From Toensbergia leucococca (taxonomy: Eukaryota), in the NCBI GenBank assembly GCA_022813965.1, contig JALDZS010000055.1:1-64000 (forward strand): a stretch of 64,000 nucleotides of DNA, in the 5' to 3' direction. Under the pieces are notes generated by a model that saw only the letters and a list, made by a program, of their open reading frames with translations, was not told the DNA's origin and did not search any database. A program made the translations under genes and the position numbers. This document shows positions 36,894 through 49,800 of the stretch, piece by piece. Numbering within the stretch: the stretch's first letter is position 1; every line of letters begins with the position of its first letter.

Positions 36894-37736
36894 GTCAAGA
36901 TAGTGGCAGTCGCAGATTGAGATTCCAGCAATATCCTCGCGAGGTAGATATCTGACCAATGGTCTCAAAAATGGTACTGTTGCTTGAATATCAAAAACAA
37001 ATTCAGTCTATTGAAAACGTGAATGGAATCTTGAAATCCTCTGATCTGTCGAGGGGTCTTTGTTTTAGTTCCGTATTTAATGCAAGATCGAAAAACGTGG
37101 GGGGCGGCTGTGTTTATAATTTATATAATAATACTCGGTGAGGCGCCAAGGATGTCGGTACTGTCAGGCCAAGGCTCATCAATCAGGTCATTCTGCTACC
37201 TGAAACTGAAAGATTCCATTGCCGAGAGAGAAGAGCGTGTATTCTACATTTTATAAGCGCTGCGCAACACCTGCTCTTCTCCCTCCATCTGTTTTCACTC
37301 AGATTCACTTACCTAACTCTTTTCATCAGCTAAAACAAGTGCATTTCTCTTATTCTCAACCAATCTACTGCTGAATCATATCTTCGAGGGGCTTCCATAA
37401 GAAAATTTAACAGTATAAACAGCTTCATAAGAACATCGGGTAGAAATGCCTGCCTAGGTAATGGGAAAATCACACTTGTATCATCAGCAATGCAGGACCT
37501 ACTTCACAAAACCAGGCACTTCTTGTGTGGATTTTGATCTTGGGCACAACTTTCCTATTTTGAATAGAGCTGTATCTTTTTTAACATCAAGGTTCAACAT
37601 TTTGCTGGGAATCTCAATAAAGGGTTCTGATTTAAGTGTAAAGTGTAAGAGCTTTATTTTAATACTAAGAATGGAGCAAGGACGACATGCTTGCACATAA
37701 ATACATTTAGCTTCGAACCCTGCCAGATTTCATGCC

Positions 37737-39123
37737 TTATTCGCAGCGCCCATTTGCCCTCCCCCGTCTCTTGACAGCGTTATTCACCACTCCCATCAAC
37801 ATCCCAACGCTCCCGCTCCTTTTTGGCCTCTGCGAGTCCCCCGCATCCCCATCATCATGGCCAAAGTTCTTCTCCGGGCTCGGCGAGCAGCGAAACCACT
37901 CTTGGAGTTTCGGCGGGAGTTGTTTCAGCCGTGCGCTGTTGTCTTTGTTCGCTTCCGGACTTGGCGATTGATGCAAAAGATCAGCAATCTGGTGGATGCT
38001 GGGAGCGGGCATGGGCGTCGGGATGCGAGAGAGGCGTTTGAGGGGGGCCTGGAGAAGTGGGGAGGGTGGGGGGGAAGGGGGAGCGAGGAGAGCGGTTGGG
38101 GTTGGGGAGTGGGCGGTGCGTGTTATGGCGGGGAGGAGGTGAGAAAAGGTGATTGTTCTGGGGTTGTGGGAGGGAGAGGCTGAGAAGGTCGACAGTGAGG
38201 TTCGGGGTGAGGCTGGGCGGTCGAGGGGACTGGGAGCGCGGATCGAAGAGCTGGCGCTGGTGGCTGGGGAGATTATGCCAAGGTTTTCGAGCTGGTCTAT
38301 AAGGGGCAGTTAGGTCATGGACGTTTAGAGGAGCATAGGAGTTGTGAAGATGCTAGACATAGGGATTACCAAGGGATACATACCCCAGGTGCGATAGTAA
38401 TAACGAAAAGTTGCAAAGGGCTGGTCGAGAGGATCGAGAAGAGCGTACTTGTAGTAGCGTTGAGGGTGATTGCCTGAGAGGGTACCGAAAGGGAAAAGGC
38501 TACAAGTACGTCCGAGAATTTTTAGCAGTGGCCAAGTAAGACGAAAGAGATATCTGCAGAAGTGCATACTTGATACCGCCTTCACCATCCTGCATTCGTC
38601 CTCTCAGGGCATCGACGCTAGCAGCTAAGGTCCGAAAGTCTTGGATTTCGGGCATGATTCTCTTTCGTCCATTTGATCGATACACCCTCACTTCCAAAAA
38701 ATCTCCCAGAGGATCGCTGACGCTTTGCGGATCATCGTTCTCACTGGCGAAACACAAAGCCCTCTTTTCAACGCCACGCTCACCCTTCCAGCTCTCGCTT
38801 GACTCAAACAATCCGAACACGGTCTTCCCCCGATATTCATCTTCTTCGCCACAGCCCCAACTAGCTACACAGGCACCGTTGAGGAAAAGCTTGAAGTAGT
38901 ACAGGGCATTTGGCGGGTGGGGAGGTGAGATGTTGTAGGAGAGCCAGAATTGAGAGGATGGGTAAGTGGGGATGTAGACGGATACGAGAGAAAGATCGGG
39001 TTCGACGAGGGTGGGAGATGGGGAGAACGGGTCGTTGGGTGTTGAGGGCGGAGCATACTCGGGAATGGTGAGGATATCGAATTGGGAGATCAGGGATATG
39101 ATGATGCTACGGTAAGTCGGCAT
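37737..39123 (-). CDS. Conserved-looking fungal hypothetical protein, multi-exon
   Basis: 207-aa first exon (LTIPEY, VSVYIPTYPSSQFWLSY, YYFKLFLNG..VASWG), then exon HPQRYYKYALLDPLDQPFATFRYYYRTW, then a Pro/Ser-rich last exon. Splice signals are canonical. Confidence 0.7.
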
Positions 39124-40130
39124 CTTAGGTCACTGGAGGTCTGATATTAGCGGAATGTGTTGTGGTGCAAGTAAGGCAAAGTAAGGTAGGTGAAGTCTTG
39201 TTTACCGTCTCGCTAATCTTGCACTATCGGCTAGCGAGCCCTAAAAACATAAAATCGAGGATGAAAAGAGAAAAGAGACCTCACAAATTACAAGCAGATG
39301 CCCGATGGTGGTTCTGTTGTACCTGTGCAAGCTGGCTTGTTTGGCAGGACCGTTTCTAGCAAGAATAAAGAGAACAGCAAAATAGATGGACATAGTCGGC
39401 TTACCCGGGTAGAAAGGGAGTCGAGCCCTTTCAATGGTCAGCCATTGAGGTGTAGACACTATACCTGTTGAGTAACGGGTATCCCAAGACTTGAAAAAGA
39501 CATCAGAAAGAACGCCTGAATACGCTAATACGATAGAGCATTCTGTCGTGGGTAGCATGATAGTCCTCCAACGAGTGGTGTGCGTTCGCAACTCTCTCCA
39601 GCTTGTTTCAATACTGTTACTCCTATTGCTAAGCCATGCATAGCTTGCACCACTCAAACTGCATATCCTTGATGTTTACTTCTATTTGTCTAAAATCCAT
39701 GTTAGAATCCAAAGGTTCTCTCGATTTTGAGTGAACACTTACATAGTATAGAGCATTTTGAAATAGACGTTGTTGTCAAACCTACTTGAATACCATTGGG
39801 TACACCGATGGGATCGTTTCTGAATCCTTTTTGTGAATTAGCCATTGATATCGTTTGATTCGACCCTTTGACAGCCAGGTGATGTTCATTAGGGGAAACA
39901 CTGCACAACAGCAGACTACTTAACTCACCTCCTATTCACCTCCTATTCACCTTGGCCAAGTTGAGTCATGGACATGATATATATAGCTCCCTGCTCCTCG
40001 AGGAAGCTCCTTCCATAAATCCATATTTCTTCGAAATACACCCACTCCTACAAACACATCTACTCTTCCTTTCAAGATTACCCCAAGCATAATTCGCCTA
40101 CCTACTTGCAAATCATTTGTCATCGAAGTC

Positions 40131-40851
40131 ATGGTATCCACCAAGGTAAATCCACCGAAGGTCCTAAGTAATGAAGAGCTCGCAGAGTAAGTCAGACATT
40201 TGCGCATCCTTACAGCTGCTGTTCTGACATGATTCAAGGCTACGCAAAGGCGAAGAGGTCAAAATCTATGTCACCAATTCAAAAATCGTACCATATCCCG
40301 TTTTGCTCGGTTCTCTTCCCAAGAAGTTGATGTCGCACTTCTCCCCATTGTGGAAACGTAGGTTAGAGGCAAGGGATTTTAGCGAGTGGACCTTAAGTAA
40401 CAAATTTATTATCGAGTGGATGGAGGCAGGAGGGACTGACAACTTCGCCGAAGGTTGTCATGCATTTCCTGAAAACAATATCGAGAAATTGCTCATGTTG
40501 AACCGAGTGGCAAGTAAGCTTGGGATCGACGTCTTGATTGAACGAACTCTGGAAAGAATCGACATTATCACCCAATCCCATACCCTGACCTTGGAGGCGA
40601 TTGAAAACAACTTCGAGACGCATGGTCTGCCTTCCAAAACTTGTGTACTTCTTGGCGACAATCTGCGGAAGTGGGTCCAATCCCTGACTAAAGACGAGTG
40701 GGCGAAAAAGGTTTGGGAAGCAGAGGATCTCAGCATACTAAGTCTTGTTAGCCTTGGCATGTTACGAGGTGATTCTGCCGCTGAAACCATCAACTACAGT
40801 GGAGCGGGAGTTGCGGATGTGGAAAACATTGGTGATACGCAGGAAGCGTAG
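40131..40851 (+). CDS. Small orphan protein, possibly a degenerate BTB/POZ-like fold (intron 40187-40238)
   Basis: ATG at 40131 splices (GTAAGT...CTGAC...AAG) in frame to ORF 40303-40851. EVKIYV...LPKKLMSHFSP...FIIEWM...VASKLGI loosely matches fungal BTB proteins. Confidence 0.55.
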
Positions 40852-41479
40852 AAGGTCGCGAAGAGTGCAAGATATTTGTGGCTGCCGATGGAAGCATTCC
40901 GCAGGACATAGCTTTTGGGGGGGGATGCAGGAAAGTGGTTTCAACGGATCCTGCATTTCGATGAGGAAGTTGACTTTTGTATGCTTGAGATGATTGGTAG
41001 AGGGGTCGAAAAAGAACATTGAATTTGGAGTTACAGAATTTTATGCTAGTTTAGAATCTCAGCCGTTGATTTTGCGAAACAGAACCTGCTTTGAAATTGT
41101 GTGTAAATGGATAAAGTACTTTAGGCCTTTCCAGTCCCATTTTTGCAAAGGCATGTAATTCTAAGCTCGTAGTACATTCGGTGACGTTAAACTTGTTTGA
41201 GGGTAGTCTGAGCTTATGGCGGAGTTCAAATTTTCCCTTTGCCTTTCGTCTGGCTAGTACTCGGAATTAGCCAGCTTAGGTACCTAGAGAAGTCAGTTCT
41301 TAAGGAGTTAGTCCCTTGTTGTTCTTCTCATAAAATTCGATCCAACCGACGATGCTCCACCGGCCGCGTGCTTCCTTCAGTTTAGTGGGTACAATGTCTC
41401 CCTCAATTTCAAATTTTATGTTCTGAAATCAGCTTCAATTTTGCTTTTTTGCCTCCTTTGAGACCCAAGAATGCAATTC

Positions 41480-42500
41480 AGACCTGCGTTCTTTTTGATT
41501 GGGGAGTACGTCTTTCCTTAAAACCAAAATGGTACATAGGTAGAGATATGTTCAATTCATCAACCATATCTGATTACCTGTCAAAGAATTTACATACCAA
41601 ATCGGTGATCGATTTCCCATGGTACAGGCACCTCACAGTACTTGACTAGGGGTATAATTCCTCTCTTCATGATCTCAGTAATTTTCTTTATTGAAGGCCC
41701 GATGGATGAACATCCTGAACAACTGGATCTGTGCTTGGTGAGATATGTCCGCTCATCAAGCTCATTTACTTGGCAGACAAATTCTTGGCATTGAAAATGG
41801 CTTTTGTTGTCCTTGGACTTCCCCAGAGTTGTAGCATAGTACAACATATGGACTTTCTGGGCTGTGATAAGGGTGCTAATAATGTTCCGGCACCAATTCG
41901 CCTTTTTCAGACGGTTCACCAATAATGCACTCAAACGCCGTTGAGACTAAAGGCTTGTCCTGTGATCTCAAACCCAGCTTTCATGAGCGAATCGGCTAAG
42001 ACAATGATCGAAAAGGAGACTTCAGGGCTCAAAGGCCAACCATCGGGCTGGGCATGATATCTCCAAGATTCGCGACAACAATATCTCATCACAAAGCGGT
42101 GAACATCTTTGAAGCAATTGTTGATCGCGTTGGATCTTGTCGACTTCTGCTCTCTATCATAGTTGCACTCGCGTTTGCAGCAACTGAGAACATAAGTCCC
42201 GAGCTTTGGGGTTGTGATAAGCCTTTTTCCATCTTGAAGGGTCTGAATGAAATGCCACGGATCAAAATGAGCTCCAAGAACGTCTAAAACCTCGAACAGA
42301 TGACCGAAATACATCCAGAATTGCAGTAGCGAGGTAGTCTCAGCGATTGGCCTACCTCCAAAATCACCTCGGAACACTTTCTCTTTATCCCAGCCATTGC
42401 GTTCAGGAAAGCTTGCGGGAGGGCCACTATCATACGCTCGGAGGCACAGGTACGGGACTTCAATAGGAGCAGAAAGGCCACGAGATGGAAGGTGATCCAT
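41480..42500 (-). pseudogene. Disrupted HET-domain (heterokaryon incompatibility-type) gene
   Basis: MDHLP...EVPYLC..YD.G...FPERNGW...LQFWMYFG N-terminus, a frameshift near 41931 into RLKKANWC...H..C....C...Y.TKH...C.GC...IIPLV, then stop codons. A VPFW relic lies at about 41525-41536 and the SHVW core is not seen. Confidence 0.75.
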
Positions 42501-43240
42501 TATGTTGGTCATGGGATTTGGAAAGAAATGCGGAGACGTCGCTTTCTTATCACCGCTAGGCACCACAACCGACCCCACGGTCTACCTCGTTCCTTTTTAG
42601 GCACCTCTCGCTTACGTTGAATCCAAGCCCTGGGTTAGCAATATCGACAAAAATTGCAAAGATACAAACAGACACTCGAGATGTCGCGGTCACATTTGCT
42701 CCTTTACAAGACAATGGAGCTTCAACTGATGTCTGTCCAAAGCCACTGCCCTAGAAAATTTCACTCAAACTCTGGAAGTCCTCTCCAACGAATGGAATCA
42801 GAACAAGAGCTGTAGATGGAGTACATTGCCGACTCAACCAGAGAAACGTAAACCATTGATAGTTTTGAAACTAGGAGCTCTTCCCTCATGGTAAACGAGT
42901 GTACTAATGCATCTCTGGACCAGATCGGTATTCGTAGAATACATGTATCTCACAAACGTTCAGGAGGTAACGGTCATTGTGATTGCATTCAATGAATTGC
43001 GCTCTTCATGTCTGCAAACTTCAAATCGCTTCAAAATTCCGTGCTTTTGTGTAAACAGAATCATCCCTAGCATGAGAGATAGTACGTGTAAGTGTCACTG
43101 TGTTGGGCGTATTCGCGAATAGATGGGAATGAAGTTCGAATACCTCACATTCTTAGGCGTATGTCCATCCCGAACGCCCTTATAAAGACATACTTGGCCA
43201 TTCCAATCTCCTGACATTTGCGTAATGCTGTTTCCAGTTT

Positions 43241-43793
43241 TCAAGAAATCTGTGTCCCTCCGTTCTGATTTTTCTGCTCTTCCTCCACTCTTCCCGCCAT
43301 CACCCGCCCAACCTCAGCCTTCATTTCTGGCATAGCTCTGACAATCTCCTCGGCTAAGACGTCTCTGAAAGCGGCGAAAGCTTCACTCTTGCCCTTGAGA
43401 TACTGATTACCTTTCTGTGCAAGCTCCACGAATTCTCTCGTGTAGATGTCGGGGTTCCGGCCATCTTCGACGTAGTCTATTATTTCTGGAGGTATTTGAG
43501 TAGGTAGATTAGAGGCAGATGTCGAGAGGCTGGAGAGGGAATTGGAAAGCTGGGATCTAGAATTCAACAAATTAAGAATGGACTTGTGTTCTGAAATGAG
43601 ATAGGTTTTACATTTTGCGAACGAGTTCTTGTTGAGTTTCTGGGCCGAGATAGCCATGGACAGCTGATTGAATCTCAAAGAGGTTCTGGATCACATCCCT
43701 AAGGCGATCTAGACATGATAGTAAGCTCGATTGTTATTATTGAAAGGCCACAGAACGTCTACCATCGACAACATCTAGTGCTGTTTGGGCCAT
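43241..43793 (-). CDS. MED10: Mediator subunit 10, two introns
   Basis: MAQTALDVVD|DRLRDVIQNLFEIQSAVHGY...|...IPPEIIDYVEDGRNPDIYTREFVELAQKGNQYLKGKSEAF. Confidence 0.93.
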
Positions 43794-44105
43794 CTCGGAC
43801 GTCTTCTTGAATCGCGGATTGACCACGGCATGAATGGACAATATTCTGGCGTACCTACTCCGTCCTGGTCTGGTGCCTCTCTGCCCATAAGATTAGATTA
43901 TTCTAGTGTCGTAATCTGTCCTGGAAAAAGGTTTCTCCGACAGCCTGACAACAAGCGAAGTAAACATTGAAATTCCCACGTCATAACCTCTCGAGCCTCT
44001 ACATTCTACATTACAGCATAATCCAAGCTACAACATTGAGGTATCTTATCTTATTGTATACATGTTTTACTAAGAGGTACAATCCAAATACTTAAGCTGC
44101 GCAAA

Positions 44106-46071
44106 ATGGCTACTCCTCGTCGGCGCTCAACCCGGCTCAGAGGCAGTGCAACTCCAGTGAGTAAAGAAATACCCTCAACACGAATGACCGACGCATGACC
44201 TCCTCGATGGTGGAGGCACATACTTACATTTTGAATTGCAGTCGCGCTCGTTTGTGACGCCTGCAGCGAACAAACTTTCCTCTCTCCTCGAGCGGGAGGA
44301 ATCCCCAGACGCCGGCGCGCAATCAGACATTGATGCCCTTGTGTCGTCGCCAATCGCTCCACCAAACACTGCCTTAACACAACACATATCCCATTCTTCA
44401 TCATTAACTGTACAGACCCCTCATACGGTATCTCGATTGTATCCAAACCTGGGGGAAATGCATCCTAGCAAAGTACAGCGGAGTACCACCAAGCGACCGT
44501 ATTCTGATTTAAGATTTGGCTTCAGAGATATAAGCAAGCCAGAAACATTCCCCTCCAAGACCACGATCGAAGCAGTCATTCAGGAGACTCCGACAAAAGT
44601 ACAGGGTTTGATGCCCAGTCGTTTGACTTCACCAAATTTTGAATTTAATTTCACTCGCCCAGAGTCGGACCTCAGCGTCGAGACTCAGAGAATAATGGAC
44701 AGTGTACGCGAAGAGGCCGCAAAAATCAAGGCGCAAATCCAAGCTGAGCGCGAGACGCAAGCACACAAGGACATTGAAACGGAGCAGCTTTACGGTGTTA
44801 GGGGGCGGAAAATCGCAAAGGCGAAGGGTAAAGCGGGGAGGTATAGCGATGCACATAAGCAAGAATTCAAGAAGATGGATTCCATTGCTGGACATGTCTC
44901 GGCTTGGAAAAACAACTTTCAAGCGAATGCCACTTCATTGAAGCGGACCAAGTCCAAAGCTAGCCTTGATGAACCTGAGGAAAAAACATCCATAGTCAAG
45001 TCTGCTCGTAGCAAAAATGATGGGAATCGACTTGAGAATACCGCGCCAGGTAAACGGGCCAGACAGAACTACACCGATGACATCTCCACAGCTCGGCCAA
45101 TCTCGCGAGACGGTCGCTTAGAGGGTGAAAGCAAACAATCAGTACCAGCCACAGCTAGATCAAAGCCCGAGCTCCCAAGCGCAGTCACCACGCCGACCAA
45201 AGTATCCCTCGCTCGCGCGACCAGCGTCAAGTCCACAAAGACATCCCTAATCCCCTCTCTCCATCGCTCCGCCTCCACAAAGACTCTCGGCGGCCCCACC
45301 GGCGCAAAGACAGAAGGCAGCAACAAATACCTCTCCTCACTCGCCAAGTTCGGAAACATGAAATCCATCCTCCACCGCCCACAACCCAAATTCTCCGACG
45401 ATCCCCTTAAAGTAGCAGCAGGCACTCACCTACCCACCCCAAAAGTCAAAGCGGATACAGACAAACAGCTACCAAACCTCCCAGCCCCGAATGCCACAGA
45501 GCTCCAGCACTCCCCCAGCACACGACGAGTAAACTTCACCTCAAGCACAAAATTGCGACACGACCTCTCCCTCGCCTCAAAAATCCCAGCCCCCAACACT
45601 CAGCCTCCCCCCTCAAATCCAATCACCTACCCCTCCCTCTCCCCAAACCCACCAAACCCCACCACCTCCCCAGGAACCTTCACCTTTCGCCCCCCGGGCC
45701 AAACCCTCTCCTTCAACCCCACCACCACCTCCACCTCTACCCTAACTTCCCCCCTCACAATCCGCCATGTCCGCTCCAGCGGCGTCGCAACGCCCCACGT
45801 CCCGGCAATCTCATACGGTCTCTCCAACAAAAAACGCCGCCGCTCCTATTCGGAAACTGAAAATCACCCCTCAGCCAGCGAGGAAGAACATCGCTTCAAG
45901 CGGCTGAAGAGCGCGTCGCCGGAAAAGGTTGGTGGGGGCAAGAGACGGATCACGGGTGTTGAGGGGACGAGGAGGGGTGCTGGGGTAGGGATTGCGGGGA
46001 AGGAGAAGGGGAGGGGGGTATTGAGTTTGAGTCGGCTGAATGTGCTTGCTAGACCCAAGCAGAGGGGGTAA
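44106..46071 (+). CDS. Basic Ser/Thr/Pro-rich hypothetical protein with a RYSDAHKQEFKKMDSI motif; intron after exon 1
   Basis: Exon 1 MATPRRRSTRLRGSATP with a GTGAGT donor joins the 611-aa ORF. C-terminus is LSLSRLNVLARPK. Confidence 0.8.
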
Positions 46072-46848
46072 ATGTATGTGGATCTCTGATTCCGGGGATG
46101 AGGTTTCTTGTGGGGGGGGATGTTGCTGTTTGCTCGCTTGTGCTCTTTTTTTGCTTTCGATGGCGGTGCGGATTGGATCGGATCGGATTGGATCGGATCA
46201 GATTGGACGGATGGGGATGTCGTGACATGGATATCGCACATACGCATGCACGCGTATCATGTTCATATCCTCGATACCCATATCCGTATCAAAAGAGACT
46301 CGATGTGAGAGGGCGTGCGTGCTTTCTTGCCTTTTCTGCCTTGTACTTTTCTCAGCCGTGGGACGCATGTGATGGTGGTACCCTACGCCACGCGCTATTG
46401 GCATAGAAAAGGGGAGGAGTAAGTGGGTAGGTAGGTAGGTAGGTAGAAAAGGGAGGGAAGGAGGTAGGTATCTATCTATCTAGCAGCAATTGGAAAAAAA
46501 AAAGAACCAAGAACCAAAAAAACACAAAACCAAAAACCCACACAGCGAAAATAGATATCCACGCCCCCCCCCCAAAAACCAATTCGACACTGAAGAAAAA
46601 ATCAAGCGGGGAAAAGAACAAGGAAAAGCGTCAAGGTCAAAAAATATTAGTTTAAGAGTTCCATGGGAGTTCGGTGTAGTAACGAACACAACCAAATATG
46701 AGGGGAAAAAAACACCAAACGCTATGCTATTCACCGCCAAAACAGCTCCCCTCCCCCAAAAGAAGAAAAAAAAAATCAACGTTCTCCCTTCCCCCCCAAA
46801 AAACACCAAAACATGCCCTCAAAACCCCACTGCACCCCCCCACAAAAA

Positions 46849-49800
46849 TCACCCCTTCATCCTCCCCAAAAACCCCTCCAAATCAAACTCCTCCTCATAC
46901 TGCCCCACCTCACCCCCCAACTCCCCCAAATCATCCAACCAGCCCTTCTTCCCCTTCTCCCTCACTTCCCCAGTAGCCCCATCAACCAAATCCTCCTCCC
47001 TACCACCCGGTCCAAAATCATGGCCCCCAGCACCGGCACCAGCGCCATCAACACCAAGGCCATCGGCGCCCTCGCCTAGGTTGAAGAGGTCGAGGATCTG
47101 ATCTGTTTCCATGGTGTTGAGGCCTGCGTTTTGCTGGTTGACGACTGTGGAGGCGACGTCGATTTTGAAGCGTTGGAGGCTAGAGAGGGAGGTCAGTGGG
47201 CATGTTTCTGCAAAGAAATGCAAAGGATGGGGGAAAAGAGACTTACTTTAGGATTTTCTCTTCGAGCGTTCCTCGCGTAACCAAGCGGTAAACATTCACC
47301 ACCTTCTTCTGTCCGATGCGATGAGCCCGGTCCATGGCCTGCAAATCTTTTTGCGGATTCCAGTCATGTTCGACGAAGATGACTGTATCTGCACCTGTCA
47401 GGTTCAGGCCGAGGCCGCCGACGCTGGTGGTGAGTAGTAGGACATCGTAGCTGGGATCTGTGTTGAATTGGTTGACGATGTTTTGCCTTTTATTGGCTTC
47501 AACGCTGCCATCGAGACGGAGATATTGTACCGAAGGTAACAGTTTTCTCAGAACGTCATTTTGCACCATGTCAAGCATTTCTTTCATTTGGCAAAAAATC
47601 AGAGCCCGGTGCTGACTGACGTAGTTCGTTTCTGTGGTAAGGTCTTGCGTGTTGGGATCCGCACTTTCAGTACCAATGCCGCAGTCGACAAGCAAATCCC
47701 GGAGAGCTGTAAGCTTTGGTGCGTGTTGAATGTCTCTAAGATTCGAATCCTTGAGCGCGAGCTGTTTCTGGATCGCTGCGTATTGCTTGTGGCCTTCTTT
47801 GACGACCAAGGAAGGAGAATTACAGAGCTTACGCATGTATTGCAACGCTTGAAAGATATGTTGCTTAGCCTCCTTGTCGTCACTGCCTGCATTGTCTTCC
47901 AGGGTCTTGCGTTCTTTCTTCGCAAAGTCTTCAAAGAGCTTCTTTTGCAATTCACTGAGGTCGCAATAGTAGTTTTGCAGAATCTTTGGGGGTAGATCAT
48001 TGAGTACTTCCTCCTTCAGACGGCGTAACAAGAAGGGAAGAACTTGTTTGTGCAATGCTTCAATTGCAAGAGCACCTGATTCCTGTTCTTTTGAGGAGGA
48101 TTTGCTAAAACGGCTTGCGGCGATGGGCTTGGCGAACCGGTCGAGGAAAACTTTCTCGGTTCCCAAGAAACCCGGCATCAGGAAGTCAAAGAGAGACCAA
48201 AGTTCTAGGACGTTGTTCTGTATCGGCGTTCCAGAGAGGATGAGGCGATGGTTGCTAAGAAGCTCCTTGACCGCAATGGTTGTTTTGGCCCTTGGGTTTT
48301 TGATGAGATGACCTTCGTCCAAGACACAATAGTTCCAGTTGAAAGGCCTCAGGATGTCAATGTCATTCCTACAAACATCGTAAGACGTGATGACTATATC
48401 TGTCATACCAAGTTGGCCTTTCAATTTGTTCCTCTCCACAGGTGGACCAACGTATGCCAGACAGGACAAGAAGGGTGCGTAGGTCTGGATTTCTTGTTGC
48501 CAATGACCGGACAGAGTAGGTGGACAAACAATCAGCGAGGGCAACCGACGAACATCGAGGGCCTGGGACTTTGCAAATTCTTCCGCTCGAAGATGATGAT
48601 CACTTGCTACAATGCAAAGAGTTTGTAATGTCTTTCCGAGGCCCATATCATCGCATAGAATACCATGGAGGTGATAGCGGTTCAGAAATGCCAACCAATT
48701 GACACCTTCTTGCTGGTATGAGCGCAGTTCCGCCTTGATTGCGACTGGAATAAGAAATGGCTCCACTTTACGGAAATCCAGCATTTGAGCAATGAACTTC
48801 CGTTCCCGATCTCTTCCTTTTAATAACTCCTCTGACAGCCCCGGTGGATCCGGGATTCCAGCTTCTAACGGCACAAGTTTGACCAAAGTTGCAAAGGTCG
48901 TCGTGGCTAGTAATCGGACATCGTTATCAGAGTCGCTCATACGGCCGAGAACGGGAACAATGAGGAATATGACATATGGAAGAATGTTATCACCCATGAT
49001 GTGGATAAGGTGATATACACATTCTATGGCCCCTTGTCGACAGTGCAACTCGATTGGATGGCTGATCAATGGCAGCACCTTCTCCACAAGCATTGTCATA
49101 CCCAGTACAGTCATGACGCTGCATATCGTTGCTAAGCACTTTGCAGCACTGTATCGAAATACAGACAGCGTACTTCGTAAGGCATTCACAATCAGGGGCA
49201 TCAGTTCTAAAACGAAGGAATGAAGGTCTGGATGCAGGCCGGGCACCAGTGCTCGTAATATTGAGAGTCCATCGATGACTTCTTGACCGAATTCCTCATC
49301 ATCGTCTGCTTTGTTTGGAGGCAGCTCATCTACAAAAGCCCGTATAGGGGATTCAATTTTGGCGCCCAAAACGGGTACCTTCTTGAACAGTTCCTTGCCA
49401 AAGAGTCTTGAAAGTTGATCAAAGGCTTGTTTCGCGCCCCGCCGGGTTACTCTGGCTGCTTTGGCCTCCATTTCATATTTCACGGCATCAGGATGGTCTT
49501 TCCGGTCTTCCTCTTTTCGTAACGAAAGGACCGAGTCTCGCAGAGCGGCGTTAGGTCGAAACTCAGGTGTTTCCGATGTGTCAATACAATAAAACTTCGC
49601 TAGATTGCCTACCACCTTGTCGGCAGGTCCTCGCCGTTCAGCACTAGCGTAATGACTTATCATCGAAGCTATCGCAGCGGCGGAGCGATCCTGCAAATCC
49701 AAATTATACTCCAATTTGACGCTATCCATCATTCCTTTGATGACAAGGCTTGGCTTTTTAGGAATATCACCAAGAGCTACAATGGCACCAGAAACAGCAG

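Noticed and set aside
30000..43200. Accessory block as Starship or other giant transposon cargo
   Set aside because: No tyrosine recombinase captain, transposase or defined boundaries are recognisable in the window.
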